The notes below the pieces were generated by a model. The model saw only the letters and a program-made list of their open reading frames with translations, had not been told where the DNA came from and did no database searches. A stretch of DNA of 64,000 nucleotides from Spirochaetia bacterium (GTDB lineage: Bacteria > Spirochaetota > Spirochaetia > UBA9216): NCBI GenBank assembly GCA_965140585.1, contig OZ223270.1, positions 1 through 64,000 on the forward strand. Reading direction: 5' to 3'. A program made the position numbers and the translations under genes. Shown here piece after piece: positions 23,245 to 33,201 of the stretch (its first letter is position 1; every line of letters starts with the position of its first letter).

Positions 23245-26200
23245 TCATCTTGCAAGAAGCTGCGGCATTGCAACATTACTGCCAAGCAGAACACTCATTT
23301 CCCAGTAGGTATTCTCGCCTCCGCTGAAAGTTCCCATGGTTCCAAGATTAAGGTAATAAGATGTCCCGTTTTTCACCCATGTCAGAGCCGCTCCTCCTTC
23401 AGCCTTGAAACTTGATGCAACATCACTGCTTCCTGCTCCGGACCAGTATCCGCCTGCACTTCCCCACAGTGCACCTTCAAAAGCCTGACTCCAGTCGGCA
23501 GAAGGCGCGGTCAGTACAGCTCGAAGGATGCCCTTTGTTTCTATAACATTGGACGGGGCATAATAATCAGTTACTGTTGCGTCGAAGGAATTCTCATAGT
23601 TAAAAAGGGCACCGGTAAAAAACTTAAGAATCGGAGAACTTAACAAGGTTATACCCAGATTCACATCCTGCATTATCTGACCTTTAACATTACCATCATC
23701 CATAAACTGCAGTCTTCCATAAGTTCGCGTTGTCAGAGGCCCAAGAATATCCGAGCCGTCGAGATCAAACCATGTGTCCGCAGCTGCTGTTATATCATTT
23801 TTATAAACGGCATTCCGATCAGGATAAAAGGTATCAGGTTCAATAATATATCTCCACTCCAGATCAAGACCAAGGAAATTATAGTCCCATGACAGCTTTG
23901 CCCCGTATACCGGATATACCGACAGGGTTTGAAAAAACTCGGAAAAGGAAACAAAGGACTCTTCAGAGAATACATAATCGGTTGAATAATAAAGACTGTC
24001 CGCATTAACACCGCCCCAGGGGGTAACTTTAAGTCCTATATCTATAAAACTGAAACTTAATCCGGCATCAATACTGTGAACTTGAAAACTTGCCTGACTA
24101 TTCTCACCGTAAGCACGATACAGCCGCTCCTGATCAAGCTTATACCCTGCATTGATTCCAAAAACACTGTTAAGTTCGGACTGATAACGCAGCTCACCCA
24201 GAAGGGTTATCTCCGACGGGCTGGCTACCAGCTGCACTGAAGAACCGAACTTATCAGCATGAGATCTGGCAAGCTGGTTATAGTAGTATGCAGTATTTTC
24301 ATATGCCGAATCCTGCAGATACACCTTCTTGTAATACTTCATGGCCTCGTACCAGTTGCCGTAGCGCTGCTCTACCACTCCAAGTTTATATGTAGCCGAA
24401 ATATTCCAGGGATCAACAGCTATCACATACCGGAACTGCTCCGAAGCCTTTTTATTTTCCCCCTCATCGAGATAATAGTCACCAAGCTCATAGCGGATGA
24501 GATAGGTGTCAGACTGCAGATAATAGGCAGCTCTTTTCAGCCTGCCCTGAATAATCCGGTTTACCAGCCGATCAAAGCGCTCATTACTGCGCAGACTGGA
24601 AGACAGCATACCGAGCTGCTCGCCGAGGATGGTCACAAGCTCATCAGCCTCCTCCTCAAGCCCCTCATAATATACGCCGCTGCCGGAGCTCTCCTGAAGA
24701 CTCATTGAAGCAAGAGTGAGATATCTGGATTCAATATTCTCTGCTGAGGGATATTCGGAAAGAAACATCTGCGCATCGGACTGATAGAGTCCAAGCCGGG
24801 CATTTTCATCACCAAACCGCATAAGATTATCATAAAGTAGAAAATGCATACCCGAATCTGTGCTGACTGGCTGTCCTTTTTCACTAAACAGAATTGCGGC
24901 AGCATCCTGGTAACGTCCATCCTGACGATATAGCCATGCAAGCATATATGAAGCCAGCTCAGGCTCGAAAGGCATAACCGATTCGAGTTCTCTCATATCT
25001 TCCTCAATATTCCATGCCCAGCCGGAAGCGGAAACAGCGGCACTGAAAGCCTCTTCATCGGCAACCTCCTTACCTGACAGCTCTTCAATCAAGGATTCAT
25101 AGGAATCAAGCTCAGTAACCCATGACTCAAAAAGCTCAACGGCATCTCTTAAATCATCAACCGCACCGGCATATTCACCGGCCTTATTGTCATAGTCCTG
25201 TTTCAGCAGGGGAGCTTCGGGCTCTTTGGCTGATGCAGAGGCAGCTTTCGACATGGCTGAGGCAGCAGAAGAAAGCCTCTGCCTGACGCCCTGTGCATAT
25301 GAAGAGAATCCTTTTAACAGCTCAAGAAGCGAATAGACTTCTACCGAGAGCTGTATAAGATCAGCATTCCGTCTGCTGAACTCAGATGCGGCACGATATG
25401 AATACGTTGTAAGAACATAGCGGATCTGCTCGATAGCCTCTTTTTTCAGCCCGTTCCAGAAGTAGGTCTGGGCAAGTTCCTGCCTCAGCATCAGATTCCC
25501 CGGATCCTCTTTAAGTTTCTCGAGGTACCCATTAATAACATCATCCCTCATTCTGAGCTTCTGAACATATATTTCCAGTTCGGATTCAAGTTCAGGACTC
25601 CTGACAAAAGTTGACTCTACAAGACTTCCTATTCGATCCGACTCTTCCTTCATTCCGGAAGAAAGATACGACTGCTGAAGCAGCAGATAAAACTCCAGGT
25701 ATTCCGGATGACTTTCGATAGCTGTGGTATAAACTTCCCGTGCATATTCAGCATAGCCGTTGGCTTCCTCTATCTTACCAAGTTCTGCAAGGCTGTCTGT
25801 ATCAGTAAGAGACTGGGCAAGGGCTTCATCAAGAATCCGTTCCGCTTCTTCAGAACTGGACATCCAGAGATATGTAAGCCCAAGATTTACTTTAAGATTG
25901 AGATCCTCGGGAAAAAGCGCAAGACCACGTGTAAAAAAATCTATAGCCTTATAGTAATTGGCAGTCCAGGCTGCAACCTTTCCCGCCTCGGACCAGAGCG
26001 CTGCATCCTCAGGCGCTATATTCAATGCCCTTTCATACAGAGCAAGACTCTCCTTAACATCACCCTTCCACAGTCTGTTTTTAGCCGAAAGAATGACTGG
26101 TTCTGGATCTGAAGAGTCAAGAGCCATAGCTTTGTTCAGATTTTTAAGAGCGTTCTGATAATCTCCAAGAAGCGAGTATACAAGTGAAACCTCAAGATAT

Positions 26201-26928
26201 ATCCCCTTATCATCGGGATGTGCGCTGATATATGCATCATACTCGTTGAGTGTCAGGAAATAGCTGTTTATTGATGTATCGTCGGTATTCTGCGGAAAAA
26301 CTGACGGAATGTTTTCAAAATCAAAGTTTTCCGGGTTCAGAAAAACCAGGGAATCGAGATAGAAATAGTATTTTCCGTCAAACCCCCTTTTCTCCGAAAC
26401 TTCAACCCTTATCCTGTGGGTACCCTTAGTGAGCTCAATTTCATTTACACGGTTCCAGTAGTACGAAGGGGTATAGCCTTCAACAACTGTAATATTTTCA
26501 CGGTACACATTCACCCGCTCGCCGTTATCAAGAATATAAGAAAAAGGGCTTGAATACGAAGGAAGAAGATCATCCTGCGGCCCCGGAGGGGTACCACCAT
26601 ACCAGAACTGATACATGCCGTCGGAGGGGACATAGAAAACATATTCCGCAAAGAAGGCTGCGCCACCCTGCTGGCCGGTAGTTCTGTTAAGCTGCAAACT
26701 TCTAAAACCTGAACATCCGTAGTTAGAGACAGGCTCACCGGCAAAATTGGTTGAAACAGCAGCTTCGCCTTCAACAAAAACAAGGCCAGGATTCGTTCGG
26801 GCAAAAACCGGAGTAAGAAGGGGGTCTCCGTCAGGATTTCCTTCCTGAGAGAAGGCTGGAGTCATTATCATCAGGCCTAAACCGGCAATTATCCCAAAAA
26901 ATCTGCCTGCTCTGGTAATGTTGAACAT
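23245..26928 (-). CDS. PelB-like exported TPR protein with an N-terminal jelly-roll/CBM-like domain and a beta-strand-rich C-terminus
   Basis: Signal peptide; two TPR clusters; C-terminal ~330 aa of amphipathic aromatic strands; GGAGG RBS; divergent from pelDEFG. Confidence 0.65.
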   Translation of the reverse strand: MFNITRAGRFFGIIAGLGLMIMTPAFSQEGNPDGDPLLTPVFARTNPGLVFVEGEAAVSTNFAGEPVSNYGCSGFRSLQLNRTTGQQGGAAFFAEYVFYVPSDGMYQFWYGGTPPGPQDDLLPSYSSPFSYILDNGERVNVYRENITVVEGYTPSYYWNRVNEIELTKGTHRIRVEVSEKRGFDGKYYFYLDSLVFLNPENFDFENIPSVFPQNTDDTSINSYFLTLNEYDAYISAHPDDKGIYLEVSLVYSLLGDYQNALKNLNKAMALDSSDPEPVILSAKNRLWKGDVKESLALYERALNIAPEDAALWSEAGKVAAWTANYYKAIDFFTRGLALFPEDLNLKVNLGLTYLWMSSSEEAERILDEALAQSLTDTDSLAELGKIEEANGYAEYAREVYTTAIESHPEYLEFYLLLQQSYLSSGMKEESDRIGSLVESTFVRSPELESELEIYVQKLRMRDDVINGYLEKLKEDPGNLMLRQELAQTYFWNGLKKEAIEQIRYVLTTYSYRAASEFSRRNADLIQLSVEVYSLLELLKGFSSYAQGVRQRLSSAASAMSKAASASAKEPEAPLLKQDYDNKAGEYAGAVDDLRDAVELFESWVTELDSYESLIEELSGKEVADEEAFSAAVSASGWAWNIEEDMRELESVMPFEPELASYMLAWLYRQDGRYQDAAAILFSEKGQPVSTDSGMHFLLYDNLMRFGDENARLGLYQSDAQMFLSEYPSAENIESRYLTLASMSLQESSGSGVYYEGLEEEADELVTILGEQLGMLSSSLRSNERFDRLVNRIIQGRLKRAAYYLQSDTYLIRYELGDYYLDEGENKKASEQFRYVIAVDPWNISATYKLGVVEQRYGNWYEAMKYYKKVYLQDSAYENTAYYYNQLARSHADKFGSSVQLVASPSEITLLGELRYQSELNSVFGINAGYKLDQERLYRAYGENSQASFQVHSIDAGLSFSFIDIGLKVTPWGGVNADSLYYSTDYVFSEESFVSFSEFFQTLSVYPVYGAKLSWDYNFLGLDLEWRYIIEPDTFYPDRNAVYKNDITAAADTWFDLDGSDILGPLTTRTYGRLQFMDDGNVKGQIMQDVNLGITLLSSPILKFFTGALFNYENSFDATVTDYYAPSNVIETKGILRAVLTAPSADWSQAFEGALWGSAGGYWSGAGSSDVASSFKAEGGAALTWVKNGTSYYLNLGTMGTFSGGENTYWEMSVLLGSNVAMPQLLAR

Positions 26929-26971
26929 TCTTCTTTATCCTCCGTACTCTATCCGGTATAATATAATACTA

Positions 26972-28372
26972 ATGATGCAGAAAACCTACTTCAAACATAT
27001 ACTGGAAACAGCAGCAATAATATTTGTAATAGCTGCCGCTGATTTTTTTATCAAATTCGGCGGAACCGGTTTCTCGGACCTGCTATTTTCACCATATGTT
27101 ATTGCATCACTAATCTGCGCAGTTATATACGACCGCATCTCAGGTTTTACAGCAATACTGCTATCTGCCGCTGCAGCTGGTATTCAAATTCTAACAGGCA
27201 GCGAACCTTTTTCAGGAAACATGCTCGGATACACCCTCCCCGCTGCTACCAGCCTCGTTCTTGTTTATATCTTCGGCACCATAAGGGCAAATGACCGGAT
27301 AAAAATGCAGGAAATAAAAAACCGCCACAGAGAACTTGCCGCAGAGAATCAGAGACTGAAAAGTCTTTCTGATGCACAGTTTGAAATAACCAGAGAACTG
27401 GAGCAGAGAATTTCAGGACAGAGAGTTTCAATGAGCTCGCTTTACAACCAGATGCACAGAATGGACAGCCTGAACCTGAATAAGTCACTCGATATCCTGC
27501 TGGAAACTGTTGAAATGTTCACGGACACAACATCGGCATCCATCTGGGCGCCTTCCAACGTTCCCGGCTTCCTTTCACCCGCAGCATCAAGGAGTAAATC
27601 AGGAAAGATAGACAACTCTGAATTCCTTGATATGGAAAACAGCATTGAGGGCTGGGTCTTCAGGAACAACAGAATGATATCTGTCCGAATGATTAACAAT
27701 TTCGAACATCTAAGTAAAATGGACGCCGGTGATAATATAATAACTCTCCCTATATCTATCCAGAAGAAAGTCTGGGGCGTTCTAAATATCGAAGAAATGC
27801 CTTTTATAAAATACAACAGCTATACCGAGAAAATACTTGAAATCATAATAAGCCTGGCCGAACCCGCACTTGCGCGCGCTGTGAACTATGAAAAACAGTC
27901 CCAGCAGAACGAAATTGATAAAATCACCGGCCTGCCGCTGTTTTCACAGCTTTACAATATGCTTGAAAAATATAAACCGGAAACCGGCGAAGAACCGCCG
28001 AAGATCAGCCTCCTGATTGTTGAGATAGCAAACTACCAGCAGCTGTTTGAAAGCTTCAAAAAAAAGAAACTCTGGAATGTATTCACCGATTTCATCAATG
28101 AAATTCAGCTTCTTGCTGCAGGTATGGCAGAATTTTTCATGTTCAAATCTGAGAACCAGTTTGCGGCACTGATCCCCGGAGTATCCTCTGACGGAGCATC
28201 ACTTCTATGCCTCGAAATACTCGAAATGGCTAATAACGGGCTTGGAGAAATCGACGGACGGGCAGTGCAGCCTGAACTGATAATCGGCTATGCAACTCTC
28301 GGCGATAACGCATCTGATACAGAAGAGCTTATCAAGGAAGCGGAACACATCCTTGAAATTCAGAAGATCTAG
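26972..28372 (+). CDS. pelD: PelD-like protein (4 TM, coiled coil, GAF, degenerate GGDEF)
   Basis: Four N-terminal TM helices, GAF (VWGVLNIEEMPF), IDKITGL start of a GGDEF fold with SENQF at the active-site position; first gene of the pel-like operon. Start moved to MMQKTY. Confidence 0.75.
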   Translation: MMQKTYFKHILETAAIIFVIAAADFFIKFGGTGFSDLLFSPYVIASLICAVIYDRISGFTAILLSAAAAGIQILTGSEPFSGNMLGYTLPAATSLVLVYIFGTIRANDRIKMQEIKNRHRELAAENQRLKSLSDAQFEITRELEQRISGQRVSMSSLYNQMHRMDSLNLNKSLDILLETVEMFTDTTSASIWAPSNVPGFLSPAASRSKSGKIDNSEFLDMENSIEGWVFRNNRMISVRMINNFEHLSKMDAGDNIITLPISIQKKVWGVLNIEEMPFIKYNSYTEKILEIIISLAEPALARAVNYEKQSQQNEIDKITGLPLFSQLYNMLEKYKPETGEEPPKISLLIVEIANYQQLFESFKKKKLWNVFTDFINEIQLLAAGMAEFFMFKSENQFAALIPGVSSDGASLLCLEILEMANNGLGEIDGRAVQPELIIGYATLGDNASDTEELIKEAEHILEIQKI

Positions 28373-28377
28373 GGAGG

Positions 28378-29100
28378 ATGGACATGTCTGCAAACAGCTA
28401 TGACTACATCAAATCCATGGATCAGTACTTTGCACCTAAAACCCCCTTTGCGGCGTACAAGGCAGCAAGAAAAGGCTTTATCCCCGCTGAAGTTTTCATC
28501 TACAAGACAACATCAATTGAACCGGTTATAGAAAATCCTGATAATCTGTATGAAATAGAAAGAATCCTTGCCCAGCGTGACAGAGACATCATGACAAACA
28601 GTCTGCTTGTTGACATCCTCAATAAACTGGTCAAAAACAGAGATAAAGAAATTGCGCTGTTTGCAGCTGAAAGCATAAATGCCATAGAAAACGAATACAA
28701 CCGGAAGATTGAAGAAGCAGCAGATGATAATTTCAGGCTGAAAGCCGATCTCTACATGCAGATGTCTGTGATCAACAAGATGACTCCGGATCTTAAAAAT
28801 TTCTACCTTCAGGAATCTTTCGGGTGCTACAGGGAAATCCAGAAGAAGAAAGAACTGATACGTAAGGACCGTCTTAACATGGCAAGAGTACTTCTGGAAC
28901 TTAACCTGCCTTTTCAGGCAAAAGTAGTTCTTGCAGATGCCGAAAAGGGCGTTCCCGAATTTATACTTATGAAAGCTGAAATTGCCTTCAGGGAAAGAGA
29001 TTTCGCAGAAGTGAGCAGATACCTCAGCCTTCTTGAAACACATCGTAATGATCTGGATACTGAAACCCTGGAACTCATAGACTTCTGGAAGGAACAATGA
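28378..29100 (+). CDS. PelE-like HEAT/TPR protein
   Basis: Position between pelD and pelF; L..LV.N.D.EIALFAAESINAIE HEAT-like motif followed by TPR-like helices; no TM segment. Confidence 0.6.
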   Translation: MDMSANSYDYIKSMDQYFAPKTPFAAYKAARKGFIPAEVFIYKTTSIEPVIENPDNLYEIERILAQRDRDIMTNSLLVDILNKLVKNRDKEIALFAAESINAIENEYNRKIEEAADDNFRLKADLYMQMSVINKMTPDLKNFYLQESFGCYREIQKKKELIRKDRLNMARVLLELNLPFQAKVVLADAEKGVPEFILMKAEIAFRERDFAEVSRYLSLLETHRNDLDTETLELIDFWKEQ

Positions 29101-30494
29101 ACGGAAGAAAAAAAATAGCACTCGTCCTTGAGGGCTCCTATCCCTATATCACAGGCGGTGTGTCAGCCTGGACCCATGATCTTATTTTTAATCTTCCTGA
29201 ATTTGATTTTATTCTATATACCATATCACCCGAAGAGGATATGGAACTGCGCTACACCCTTCCTGAAAATGTGATACTGCACCATGACATAATACTCAAT
29301 AAACACTACGAATCATCAGAGCACCCGCCTACACGGAAAGACACCGATACCGCAGTTTTAATAGCTCACGATCTTACCGAACACGGGGATCCGGGAAGCT
29401 TCAGACAACTTGTCAAAATAATACCCGAAGGCTATTTTCTATATGATAAGGCCATAAACAGCGAGACCGGCTGGCAGAGGATGATAGAGGGGAACCTGAA
29501 GAATAACCCTATCTATGCATTTACAGATTACTACTGGGCCTGGAAGTCAGCCTTCGATATGCTGTTCACAATAATCGGAAGCAGGGCGCCACAGGCGGAT
29601 ATATATCATGCAATTTCAACCGGCTTTGCCGGAATAGCGGCTATTTCAGCCTCGATAAGGCACAACAAACCATGCATCCTGACCGAGCACGGTCTTTACC
29701 ACAAAGAACGCGAAATGGAAATCAGAAAGACCAACATCATCCGCGGATACCAGCGCGATATGTGGACCGGCCTTTACAATAACTTCAGTACAATCTGCTA
29801 CAAGCATGCTGACAAAATCATCTCTCTGTTCGAAGAGAACAGACGGAAACAGCATGAACTTGGCGCCGATTCCCAGAGGACCGAAGTAATTCCGAACGGT
29901 ATAGATATTCAGAGATTCATGGTTGAGCGCGAGGAAAAAGAAGGTTTTCACGTGGGACTTGTAGGTAGGGTTGTCCCGATAAAGGATATTAAAACCTACA
30001 TTTCTACGGCAAAAATCGTACTGGAGCGGATACCCGAGGCAATTTTTTACTGCATCGGCCCTACAGATGAGGATCCCGGCTACTACAGGGACTGCGTGAT
30101 GCTGACTGAGAGCCTGAAAATAACAGACCGTTTCAAATTTACAGGCAGGCAGAATGTACTGGACTATTATAAATTCCTTGATGTGATGGCACTGACAAGT
30201 GTCCGCGAGGCACAGCCGCTTGTTATACTTGAAGCCTACTGCGCAGGTGTTCCGGTTGTATCAACCGGTGTCGGAAACGTTCCAGAGATGCTTGATTATG
30301 ATGAGCGTTTTATATCGGCGCCAAAGGATGCCCAGAAGCTGGCATCTGCAATAATTTATCTGTACAGTCATCCCGATGAACGAAAGTCACTCATAGAATC
30401 AAACCGGTACAAAACCGTAACCTTCTACGACAAGACTGACCTGCATAAGAAATATTCGGAAATCTATACCACCACAGGGAGGAATGCTGAATAA
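29097..30494 (+). CDS. pelF: GT4 glycosyltransferase PelF
   Basis: LEGSYPYITGGVSAW, YHAISTGFAG, LTEHGLY.KER, GRVVPIKDIKT, EAQPLVILE (EX7E). Confidence 0.93.
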   Translation: MNGRKKIALVLEGSYPYITGGVSAWTHDLIFNLPEFDFILYTISPEEDMELRYTLPENVILHHDIILNKHYESSEHPPTRKDTDTAVLIAHDLTEHGDPGSFRQLVKIIPEGYFLYDKAINSETGWQRMIEGNLKNNPIYAFTDYYWAWKSAFDMLFTIIGSRAPQADIYHAISTGFAGIAAISASIRHNKPCILTEHGLYHKEREMEIRKTNIIRGYQRDMWTGLYNNFSTICYKHADKIISLFEENRRKQHELGADSQRTEVIPNGIDIQRFMVEREEKEGFHVGLVGRVVPIKDIKTYISTAKIVLERIPEAIFYCIGPTDEDPGYYRDCVMLTESLKITDRFKFTGRQNVLDYYKFLDVMALTSVREAQPLVILEAYCAGVPVVSTGVGNVPEMLDYDERFISAPKDAQKLASAIIYLYSHPDERKSLIESNRYKTVTFYDKTDLHKKYSEIYTTTGRNAE

Positions 30495-31825
30495 TGGCCG
30501 GAATCGGTTTTGAACTGCGGAGAGTTGTAAGCAAGGGCGGAGTAAGCGCGTTTATGCAGACTGCTATGTCCGGCGCAATGATTGTTGCCGGGCCATGGCT
30601 GCTTTCAATTCTAACAATTTCCATTATTCAGAAACTGATCGATTTTTCAGGAAACGGCAGCCTTGAACTATTTATGGGTGCGGTAATCTACTGTTACGCG
30701 TTCTCACTGTTTATATTCGGCGGAGTACACTACCTTTTCACAAGGCGAATGAGTGATCTGATTTATGAAAAGAAGGAGCGGCAGGCCCTGGGATATGTAC
30801 TGCTGCTTATGCTTCCGGTAGCAGGTGTATCCGCAGTTATCGCACTTCCTGCAGTGTTGAACATTGACACAGGAATAGAACATCTTCTTCTATTTAAAGC
30901 ATCCGCAGCCGTTCTATTTATCACCGTCAACTGCCTTTGGCTTATAATGCTCTTTGTGTCTGTATTGAAGTGGTATATCAAGATTCTTGTGGTATATACC
31001 GCAGGACTTGCATCATCACTGTTTCTGATAAAACTTCTTTCACAATCATACGGAACCGCCGGGGCTCTGGCCGGATTCACAGCCGGCCACATTGTAATAG
31101 TATTACTGCTTGCCCTGCTTTCAGCTGCAGCCTACAGCCCCCTGAAGCCTGAGCTGGAAAAAAAATCAGGATTCATTTACAAATACCGATACCTGCTTGG
31201 TGCCGGGGTATTCTATTACTGGGGAATTTGGGCAGATAAACTGATATTCTGGTTTACAAAAGGCACCACTGTTGAAGGAACTTTTTTCAAAATGTTTGCA
31301 GAATATGATATACCTGTTTATCTTGCCAATCTGACTATGATTCCCGGACTCATTTTCTTTGTTATATATTCAGAAACAGACTTCTACATAGCTCTTAAAC
31401 ACTTCCTGCACCGTCTGATAAATTCACATTACCCCGATATTAATAGAGCAAAACTGAAGCTGAAGGAAACTACCGTAAAGAGTCTTAAGGAACAGAGCCT
31501 GCTTCAGGCGGTTACCGCCGGATTCTTTATTATTATCACTGATGACCCGGTTATGCAGATTACACTTGCAGCAGTATTCTCACACCTTCTGCTCTTAACA
31601 CTGCTTAACTATCTGTATTACATAGAGCAGTACAGACATGCCTTCTACTCTTCACTCCTGTTTTTCACTGCGAATGCTGTAACAGCCGTCATACAGGTTT
31701 TAGTAACCGCTATCCCGCCTGGAACGGCATATTTCATCTCGGCTTCTGCAGCATCCCTGTTTGCTATGAAGCTCCTTTTTTATGATTTAAAAATTGCCGA
31801 CAGATATATTCTGACGAAGACCTGA
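30494..31825 (+). CDS. pelG: Pel polysaccharide transporter PelG
   Basis: Hallmark N-terminus MAGIGFELRR, GPWL.SI, IWADK.IFW, YD.P.YLA.L..IPG, ETDFY; polytopic membrane protein. Confidence 0.93.
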   Translation: MAGIGFELRRVVSKGGVSAFMQTAMSGAMIVAGPWLLSILTISIIQKLIDFSGNGSLELFMGAVIYCYAFSLFIFGGVHYLFTRRMSDLIYEKKERQALGYVLLLMLPVAGVSAVIALPAVLNIDTGIEHLLLFKASAAVLFITVNCLWLIMLFVSVLKWYIKILVVYTAGLASSLFLIKLLSQSYGTAGALAGFTAGHIVIVLLLALLSAAAYSPLKPELEKKSGFIYKYRYLLGAGVFYYWGIWADKLIFWFTKGTTVEGTFFKMFAEYDIPVYLANLTMIPGLIFFVIYSETDFYIALKHFLHRLINSHYPDINRAKLKLKETTVKSLKEQSLLQAVTAGFFIIITDDPVMQITLAAVFSHLLLLTLLNYLYYIEQYRHAFYSSLLFFTANAVTAVIQVLVTAIPPGTAYFISASAASLFAMKLLFYDLKIADRYILTKT

Positions 31826-32001
31826 AATTGACTGAATTCAAGCTCAAAGATTGATTTGTCGATTATAAAATCAGAAAATAGTACTAGGCAAATACGAATA
31901 AAGTTTATTGAAAATATCTTATATCGGGATATCTTTATATAGATCTAATAATTGTAATAATGCAGCCGTAACGAAGGTTAACGGCCTTTAAGGAGTGTTA
32001 T

Positions 32002-33084
32002 ATGAAGCGGATAAAGATTACAGGACCTATTTCGCTCACTATTTTAATTATAGCGGCAGTAATTATTACATCAGGATGTAACGGGACTACCGACCGCATC
32101 ACCGTTGAACAGGCTGATTACTTGCTCAGTTCATACTACATGTTAAGGGGCGATGACGAAATTGCAGACAGCCGTGCTGCATGGCCGGCCTATACGGACA
32201 GCATAACCTTACCGACTGATTCCACAGCGGTTACCGACAGAAAAAATAACTACCCTGAAAAAGGTCAGAAGACAGACGTCACAATTATCAAAACCCTCGT
32301 AACTAACGTTTACAAAGTATCATCAGTAACCACATACCCTAAAAAAGATTCTATTTCATCAACCACCGAGGTATACTATATCTATGACGATCCTGAAAAC
32401 GGGACGTTCGGCGAATTCGATTCGGCAGATTATATCTGTGATTCAGCAGGGACCCGTAACGACAACCTCAGAAGCACATTCCAGACAGAATACGATAACG
32501 GAACAATTCGGTATGAAGAAATAATTGCAACAACAGCCGATGGATTAAGTTCAAATTATGCGGAATTCGATATAGACGGGGAGCTGAGTTTCCCGACTCC
32601 CGATTCGGATGGAGACTGGGCACCTGCCGATGACGGAACAGGAACTGCAACATGGTCCAGTATGGTCAGCTATATCCAGGAAGAAGAGAGTGGATTCTGG
32701 ATATGGACTAATTACAGACTGATTACCGGAACCAGATATTATACGGAGCTTACATCAGGTTCTGATATAACAAAAACATCCGTATCTTATGAAAAATGCA
32801 TAGAAAGAGACTCCTCCAACCAGTCAACCAGAGATAACATCATCGTATTTCTAAAGAGACTGTTTAACGACAACACAACCGATCTTGATTATGCCGGAGC
32901 AACTCTTTCCGAAACTGTTATCCGATATGAAATTCTGCCTAGCGGAAAGAAAACCGTTAATTCAAACACACTGGTAAAGGATCAGGATTCTTCGACTGTT
33001 GTTACTTTTACGGCAGCCTATGAAGAAGAAGCCGATGGAAGCATCACAAGCGCCGGAACTCCGGTAGCAGCATATCCACAATAA
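32002..33084 (+). CDS. Lipoprotein, Thr/Asp-rich, unknown function
   Basis: Lipobox IITSG-C; AAGGAG RBS. Confidence 0.8.
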   Translation: MKRIKITGPISLTILIIAAVIITSGCNGTTDRITVEQADYLLSSYYMLRGDDEIADSRAAWPAYTDSITLPTDSTAVTDRKNNYPEKGQKTDVTIIKTLVTNVYKVSSVTTYPKKDSISSTTEVYYIYDDPENGTFGEFDSADYICDSAGTRNDNLRSTFQTEYDNGTIRYEEIIATTADGLSSNYAEFDIDGELSFPTPDSDGDWAPADDGTGTATWSSMVSYIQEEESGFWIWTNYRLITGTRYYTELTSGSDITKTSVSYEKCIERDSSNQSTRDNIIVFLKRLFNDNTTDLDYAGATLSETVIRYEILPSGKKTVNSNTLVKDQDSSTVVTFTAAYEEEADGSITSAGTPVAAYPQ

Positions 33085-33102
33085 TATCCCTTTGAAAATT
33101 TT

Positions 33103-33134
33103 AAAAAACCGGGAGAATTTTCTTCCGGTTTTTT
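33103..33134 (+). terminator. Intrinsic terminator
   Basis: AAAAAACCGGGAGAA-TT-TTCTTCCGGTTTTTT. Confidence 0.8.
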
Positions 33135-33201
33135 ATTACATAAAAGTATAAAACATACGGTCAATCTTGAATCGACCTCTCTATTCCTGCATAATAAACC
33201 T

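Noticed and set aside
31826-32001. Possible c-di-GMP riboswitch after pelG (GGCAAA and a small hairpin before the RBS)
   Set aside because: The GAAA-loop stem, GACGCAAA motif and second stem are not present; a covariance-model search would settle it.
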